From a bacterium (GTDB taxonomy: Bacteria; J088; JAWLBW01): a stretch of 47,427 nucleotides of DNA. The notes beneath the pieces were generated by a model. That model was not told the DNA's origin. It ran no database searches and was given only the letters and a program-made list of their open reading frames with translations. The position numbers and the translations under genes were made by a program. The stretch lies in assembly GCA_041690355.1 (NCBI GenBank), contig JAWLHK010000003.1, forward strand, positions 62,001-109,427. Reading direction: 5' to 3'. Positions 42,356 through 47,427 of the stretch are shown here, piece by piece (within the stretch, counting starts at the first letter, position 1; each line of letters starts with the position of its first letter).

Positions 42356-42789
42356 GGCTCGAGCCGGAGGGGAAAGGTGGCGCGCTGCACGGTCTCGCCC
42401 GCGCGGACGTCGAGGAGCAGCTCCCAGTCGCCGGCCATGTGCAGCTGCATGCCTTCGACGCGGAAGCGTCCGTCGCCCTCGGCAAACGTGCGCGGCACGA
42501 CGTTCATGCCATGGCTGTGCGTCGGCATGACGGCGTCTACGGCCACGGTGCCGTCGGCGGGAAACGGGCTCCCGTCGGCGGGTTTCACCTCGATGCGCAT
42601 GCGGAAGGGTTCGTTCAGCGGGATGGGCGCGGGTTCAGTTTCATAGCGCACCGACCAGCGGCCGCCCAGGGTTTCGCCGACGTTCGCGGGAGTCTCACTC
42701 CGGGTGTCGGCGGGGCGTGCACAGGCGCTGAGAAGAACGGTCGCCAGCAGGGCCGGCAGAAAACGCATCGAGAACATCGCCGTCCACAA
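42352..42789 (-). CDS. YtkA/FixH-like lipoprotein
   Basis: Lipobox LSA-C; DAVMPTHSHGM, GMQLHMAGDWEL. ATGA overlap with the peroxidase gene; exact start uncertain. Confidence 0.78.
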   Translation of the reverse strand: MWTAMFSMRFLPALLATVLLSACARPADTRSETPANVGETLGGRWSVRYETEPAPIPLNEPFRMRIEVKPADGSPFPADGTVAVDAVMPTHSHGMNVVPRTFAEGDGRFRVEGMQLHMAGDWELLLDVRAGETVQRATFPLRLEP

Positions 42790-42798
42790 ACGAGAGGG

Positions 42799-43263
42799 TC
42801 AGGGAATCCGGCGCAGCGAAAAACGGGTCGCCTCCGTCGTGAACACCGACGAGACCGTCCCCTCGGCCGCACTGCGCCCTGAATTTACGCGGCCCGCAAA
42901 GGTAATTTTATCAGCTGCATGCAGGGGATACCACGCCGCCGGAGCGCTTTCGGTCGCCTGAGTCGCGGGTTTCTGCAACGCGAGGGTAGCGAGCAGCAGC
43001 TCCTCATCGCGGGACGGCAGGAGTACGAGCACGAATTCCTCGGCAGAAGTCCACTCGCCGGAAAACGACCAGATCGGCTCGGCGACATTCAGCGTGCCCA
43101 GAAGCTCGCCCGCCGCCGTCTCCAGAATCTCGACGCGCCCTTCTCCGCCGGCAAAGGTCGCCGCGTAGCTGCCTGAGAAACGCGGCCCCGCCCGGTCGAC
43201 GTCCGGATCACCGCAGGCCGCGGCCGCCACCAGCGCCAGAACCAGTGCGAACGCGCGGGTCAC
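42799..43263 (-). CDS. Hypothetical beta-rich lipoprotein
   Basis: MTRAFALVLALVAAAA-C; GTGA overlap with the TetR stop. Confidence 0.65.
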   Translation of the reverse strand: MTRAFALVLALVAAAACGDPDVDRAGPRFSGSYAATFAGGEGRVEILETAAGELLGTLNVAEPIWSFSGEWTSAEEFVLVLLPSRDEELLLATLALQKPATQATESAPAAWYPLHAADKITFAGRVNSGRSAAEGTVSSVFTTEATRFSLRRIP

Positions 43264-43964
43264 GCCTCTTCGGGCGCCTTGCGGGCGGGCGTCATGAAAA
43301 GCGAAACGAACTGGGCCATGAACGACTTCCAGTTCTCGGGCTGCAGCATGTCATGATCGTCCTCGTCCGGCGGCAGAATGACGTCGAGGACCGGGGCGGC
43401 CACGGGGGGGAACATGGTGAGCATCTGGATGAGAAAGACGAAGGAATGCGGATCGCCGATCGGCAGCCCGAACTCATCACGTCCGCGCTCGAGAAGCTTC
43501 ACGGCCGCCTGCTTCGTGAGCCAGAAGTCGGGAATCGATTCGATGACGGCCCGCAGATCGGCCCCCCCGTCGAGGGTCTCGCGCAGAAGCAGCCGCGCCC
43601 ATTGGGGATTGCGGACATAGATGTCGTGCAACGTGTTGATGACCGTGAGCAGAAGGCGGCCGTCGCCCACCCGATCCGACGATTGCAGCCGGGGCATCAG
43701 CAGCTCGAGCATGCGTTCGCGCGACTGCTCGAGAATGTGCCGCAGCACCGCCTGGTAAAGGCCGTGCTTGCTCGAGAAGATGTAGTAGATCATGCTGCGG
43801 TTGACCCCGCCCGATCGCACCACCAGATCGTCGATGCGGGTGCCGGCAAGGCCCTTCTCGGCGAACACGTCGGCGCCGGCGTCAAGCAGGATCTGCCGCG
43901 TATGATTCAGGTCGCGTACCGACTCGTACTGGGCTACCACGGCTTCATTTTTTGCGGTCAACAC
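43260..43964 (-). CDS. TetR/AcrR-family regulator
   Basis: TRQILLDAGADVFAEKGLAGTRIDDLV..VNRSMIYYIFSSKHGLYQAVL. Confidence 0.92.
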   Translation of the reverse strand: MLTAKNEAVVAQYESVRDLNHTRQILLDAGADVFAEKGLAGTRIDDLVVRSGGVNRSMIYYIFSSKHGLYQAVLRHILEQSRERMLELLMPRLQSSDRVGDGRLLLTVINTLHDIYVRNPQWARLLLRETLDGGADLRAVIESIPDFWLTKQAAVKLLERGRDEFGLPIGDPHSFVFLIQMLTMFPPVAAPVLDVILPPDEDDHDMLQPENWKSFMAQFVSLFMTPARKAPEEA

Positions 43965-44032
43965 GTCACCTGGCGCACTTCCAGACCGGTTTGCGGGGCA
44001 GGCCCCCGAAGAACCCGGACGCGGAATTAACC

Positions 44033-44085
44033 GGACATTTAAAATGTCCTCCCCGTTATTATAGCGCCCGGGGAAGTACGGTCAA
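44033..44085 (-). promoter_or_regulatory. Sigma-70 promoter plus perfect 17-bp operator of the TetR operon
   Basis: TTGACC (44085-80)-N16-TATAAT (44063-58); GGACATTT-A-AAATGTCC at 44033-44049, just after the predicted +1. Confidence 0.8.
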
Positions 44086-44101
44086 ATCCTTAACAGCCGT
44101 G

Positions 44102-44929
44102 TCACCGTTTCGCATGCACGAAAAACGACCGGGGGATGCCCGGCCGCGAGCGCGGAGCCACCCGCAGGGGCCACCGTCCGAACGGCAATTCGCCCGGCTG
44201 CACCGCCTCTGCCCGCCAGCCGAACCCGGCGAGCCACTGCTCGGGTTCATCGACGCCGTGGCGCCAGGCGGCCCCCTGCCCCGCCATGTACTGCACCAGC
44301 GCGCTTACCCTGGGCGACTGGAGAAATTCTGCATTGAAAAGGTCAAGCACCAGTCGGCTGCCGGGCGCCGAGAGCGACGAGACCGTCTCGGTGAGCGCAT
44401 CGGCGGCCTGCGTGTCGAGGTACATGAAGAGCCCTTCGATGAGCCACGCCGTGGGGATGCGCGGGTCGAACCCGAGCTGGCGCAGCGCGGGGGTCCACGC
44501 CTCCCTGAGATCCATGGCCAGCGTCACCCGGGCGCACCGGGGCTCGGCGCGCACCTCGGCCAGAAGCCGCGATTTCACGGCATGAACTTCGGGGACGTCG
44601 ACCTCAAAAACGGTCGTTCCCTCGGGCCACGGCATGCGAAAGGCCCGCGCATCCATGCCCGATGCGAGGATGACGATCTGACGGATGCCGGCTTCGTGGG
44701 CAGCCGCATGCAGCAGATCGTCGAAGTGCCGGGTGCGGTGGACCAGGTAGGCCAGATGCACGTCGGGCCGGCCGTCAGGTTGATCGCGAACCATGCGGTC
44801 AAGATAGGCGAAGCCCTCGGGTCCCGCCAGCTGGGCGGCCAGGGGATCCTCGAACAGCCGGTCTTCCCGTTCGGTTTCGCGCGCCCGGACGGCGGCGATC
44901 CAGCGACTCGTCAACGCAACCTGGTCCAT
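44102..44929 (-). CDS. SAM-dependent methyltransferase (LCM / ML2640-like family)
   Basis: TSRWIAAVRARE..LFEDPLA, RTRHFDD, QIVILASGMDARAFR, FEVD, AWLIEGLFMYL. Confidence 0.92.
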   Translation of the reverse strand: MDQVALTSRWIAAVRARETEREDRLFEDPLAAQLAGPEGFAYLDRMVRDQPDGRPDVHLAYLVHRTRHFDDLLHAAAHEAGIRQIVILASGMDARAFRMPWPEGTTVFEVDVPEVHAVKSRLLAEVRAEPRCARVTLAMDLREAWTPALRQLGFDPRIPTAWLIEGLFMYLDTQAADALTETVSSLSAPGSRLVLDLFNAEFLQSPRVSALVQYMAGQGAAWRHGVDEPEQWLAGFGWRAEAVQPGELPFGRWPLRVAPRSRPGIPRSFFVHAKR

Positions 44930-44933
44930 GTCT

Positions 44934-46352
44934 TCACCCCATGAGATAGAGCAGTCCCGACACCTGAATACCCATCAGGACGCAGACGATCGCCGTGTAG
45001 GCGATGATGTCGCGCGCCTGCAACCCCATGATCCCGAGCAGCGGCAGCGCCCAGAACGGCTGGAGCAGATTCGTCCACGCGTCGCCGTAGGAAAAGGCCA
45101 TGACGACGCTCGCCGGCTCAACGCCCAGGCTCTTGCCCGCCCCGAGCAGAATGTTCGCCTGCACGGCCCATTGCCCGCCGCCCGAGGGCACGAACAGGTT
45201 CACGAGGCCGGCCGACCAGAAGGCGAGCACCGGAAACGTGTCGGCGGTCGAGATCGCAATCAGCCCCTCGCTGATCCATTCGATGAGGCCGCCGGCCCGC
45301 ATGACGCCGAGTATCCCGAAGTAGAAGGGGAACTGGAGAATGATGGCGCCCGCACCGCCCGCCCCCTCGGCAATCCGATCGACGTAACGCCCGAGCGAGC
45401 CCACGAGCAGAATCCCGAGAAACAGAAAGAAGAGAATGACCGAGGGCAGGTCCAGCGCGAGCCGTCCGGTGAACACGGCCGCCAGAAGCACCGTAAGCCC
45501 CAGCGCGCCGACCGCGCGGCCGCCCCAGGGGTTCGTCTGCAGACGCGCGATCAGGCTGTCCTGCGCGGCCGGCGGCATGGCCGGGGTCTCCTTACCGAGC
45601 CGGCCGGCATCCGGCAGAATACAGGCCGCGGCGCTGCGTGGCGTGAGCAGGTAGAAAAGGAACGGAATCGTGACGAGCAGCGAGCCGGTAATGACGACGT
45701 TCAGCGAAGAAAAGAGCGTCTGCGAGAGCGGAATCAACCCGACCAGCGGTTCTGCAAAGTTGCCCGCCTCGGCCGCCTTGAGGGGCGCGCTGCCGCTCAG
45801 GCCGCCGTGCCAGACGGCGAAACCCGCGTAGGCGGCCGCGCCGAGCAGCGGGTAGTGCATCGGCGTGCCGTTGCGGAGCCCATGCCTGGCGACCTCGCGG
45901 GCAAGCAAGGCGCCCGCGATGGCCCCAAGACCCCAGTGCAGGGTCGCCGCAAGGCAGGAAAACAGTGCCACAAGGGTCGATGCCGAGGCGGGCCCCCGCG
46001 GCAGCCGGGCCACCCTGGCAATGAGCGCCTGAACCGGAGGGCTCAGCGCCAGCGCATGTCCGGTGACCAGAATGAGACTCATCTGCAGGGCAAAGGCCAG
46101 CCCCCCCGCCCCCGAGAACCCTTCGAACCAGCCGAGCATGAGCGGCCAGAAGATTCCCCTCCCGTCGGCCTCGGGCGCGGCACCGGTGCGCAGCGCCGCC
46201 AGCGCGAAAACGAGCACGGTGAGCCCCAGCGCGAGAATGAACGGATCGGGAACCGTTCGTGCGGCAATGCGCTGCAGCAGATCGCCCAATCGGGCCAGAC
46301 GGCTTTCGGCGGCGGGCCGGGGGGGCTCCGTCCGCCCGGGAGAAGAGGACAT
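44934..46352 (-). CDS. Short-chain fatty acid transporter (AtoE family)
   Basis: PDPFIL, FALQMSLILVTGH, HYPLLGAAAY..WHGGLSGSAPL, LQFPFYFGI, NLFVPSGGGQWAVQ, GDAWTNLLQPFWALP. Confidence 0.93.
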   Translation of the reverse strand: MSSSPGRTEPPRPAAESRLARLGDLLQRIAARTVPDPFILALGLTVLVFALAALRTGAAPEADGRGIFWPLMLGWFEGFSGAGGLAFALQMSLILVTGHALALSPPVQALIARVARLPRGPASASTLVALFSCLAATLHWGLGAIAGALLAREVARHGLRNGTPMHYPLLGAAAYAGFAVWHGGLSGSAPLKAAEAGNFAEPLVGLIPLSQTLFSSLNVVITGSLLVTIPFLFYLLTPRSAAACILPDAGRLGKETPAMPPAAQDSLIARLQTNPWGGRAVGALGLTVLLAAVFTGRLALDLPSVILFFLFLGILLVGSLGRYVDRIAEGAGGAGAIILQFPFYFGILGVMRAGGLIEWISEGLIAISTADTFPVLAFWSAGLVNLFVPSGGGQWAVQANILLGAGKSLGVEPASVVMAFSYGDAWTNLLQPFWALPLLGIMGLQARDIIAYTAIVCVLMGIQVSGLLYLMG

Positions 46353-46500
46353 ACGTGCTCCGCGGGGTGACCGGTAAATCAGGGAACCATTCTAACGTAC
46401 CGGCACGTTCGTGCAACACAGGCAAGCCCCCCGCGCCGGTTTAGGCGGCCAGGGTTCGGAACTGCCCGGCTTCCCCCTATCATGAGACTGAGGGGGACTC

Positions 46501-47427
46501 ATGAAGTCACGCCATCTCCACGACCCCGCGCGTCTTGCCATCGCCGCTTCTGCCCTGCTGCACCTCGGCGTCACGGCCTGGGCCATCGGCCTGCGCTGGG
46601 AACATCTGGCCGGCAACGGCCTCTGGGTGGCGATTGCCTTTTCGGGCCGCCGCGGGCGGCAGCTTGCCCTGCTGCTGCTGCCGATGTGGCTCGCGGGGGT
46701 CGCCTACGAGTACTTCAAGTTCCTCGAAATCTATCGCGGGTCCATCCGGGTCTCTGAACTCTACGAGCTCGAGCAGCGGTGGTTCGGCATCGAAACGGCC
46801 GACGGACTGCGCATCCCAGCCGAGCTCCTGGCCGAGCGTACGAACGCGACGCTCGATTTCGTTACCGGCCTCGCCTACATCATCTATCTCTGGGTGCCGA
46901 TCGCGATGGCCTTCGTGCTCTACTTCATCGATCCGGTGCGCATGTCGCGCCTGACCTGGTCATTGTTCCTGGTGAGTCTCATGGGAATGGCCACCTACCT
47001 GGCGTATCCGGCCGCCCCTCCATGGTATGTGGCCGACTACGGACTGGGGCCGGCCGATCCGGCCGCGCTGCCGAGTGCAGCCGGCGCGGCGCGCTTCGAT
47101 GCCCTGACCGGCTGGGACTACTTTGCCGGATTCTACAGCCGCAGCGCCAACGTATTCGGGGCCATGCCGTCGCTGCATGTCTCCTTTCCGCTGATCGTCG
47201 TCGGCGCCGTCTGGGGGATGGGGCCGCGCTGGACGCTGTCGACTTTCGGCTTCACGGTCCTGGTCGCCTTCTCGGCCATCTACCTGCAGCATCATTACCT
47301 GGCCGATGTGGTCGCCGGCTTTCTCTACGGCGTCGCGGCTTCGGTCATCGTCGCCCGCTTTCACGGCCAACCGGTCGTCGTCGGCGAGACTACCCTCTTA
47401 CGCCGCCGTCGCCTGCGGGGGCGACCG
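46501..47427 (+). CDS. PAP2-superfamily AUR1 / inositol-phosphorylceramide-synthase-like membrane protein, running off the right edge
   Basis: Missing from the ORF track because it has no stop in the window. ATG 46501 with GAGGGGG SD: MKSRHLHD..LRWEH..YPAAPPWY..AARFD..FYSRSANVFGAMPSLH..AIYLQHHYLADVVAG. Confidence 0.88.
   Translation, partial: MKSRHLHDPARLAIAASALLHLGVTAWAIGLRWEHLAGNGLWVAIAFSGRRGRQLALLLLPMWLAGVAYEYFKFLEIYRGSIRVSELYELEQRWFGIETADGLRIPAELLAERTNATLDFVTGLAYIIYLWVPIAMAFVLYFIDPVRMSRLTWSLFLVSLMGMATYLAYPAAPPWYVADYGLGPADPAALPSAAGAARFDALTGWDYFAGFYSRSANVFGAMPSLHVSFPLIVVGAVWGMGPRWTLSTFGFTVLVAFSAIYLQHHYLADVVAGFLYGVAASVIVARFHGQPVVVGETTLLRRRRLRGRP

Overview
GC-rich bacterial chromosomal window with about 37 protein-coding genes. 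The MYXO-CTERM-like tag, several sigma-54 activators and NtrY/NtrX suggest a Myxococcota/deltaproteobacteria-like organism, but this is inference. I saw no rRNA, tRNA, CRISPR array or mobile element. In order: (1) a micro-oxic respiration island (ccoI-ccoS-ccoN, CBS protein, CoA-transferase, then divergent beta-CASP hydrolase, YtkA/FixH-like lipoprotein, DsbD-like protein, soluble PAS kinase and sigma-54 response regulator), with a -24/-12 promoter and a recurring TGTAnC-N5-GnYACA palindrome; (2) a 2293-aa surface protein that reads like a self-contained adhesin-plus-anchor polyprotein: signal peptide, IgGFc-binding-like and DUF11 domains, about 26 Ca-binding repeats, an INTERNAL MYXO-CTERM-like tag, a second signal peptide, then a TraB-like beta-barrel/TSP3/OmpA module; (3) pdxA, ntrX/ntrY, ligA, lemA with a GIDE-like partner, cysteine dioxygenase, glycerate kinase and an MBL hydrolase; (4) a lipase-fold lipoprotein lacking its catalytic Ser, coupled to a FadL-like channel, then a sigma-54-promoted HEXXH lipoprotein and a WYL regulator facing a degenerate GxxExxY protein; (5) DUF748 protein, SDR, an acyl-CoA dehydrogenase pair, a TetR operon with a perfect operator and a di-heme peroxidase-family gene, a methyltransferase, an AtoE-like transporter and a truncated AUR1-like PAP2 gene. 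All family calls come from motif recognition by eye; no searches were run.
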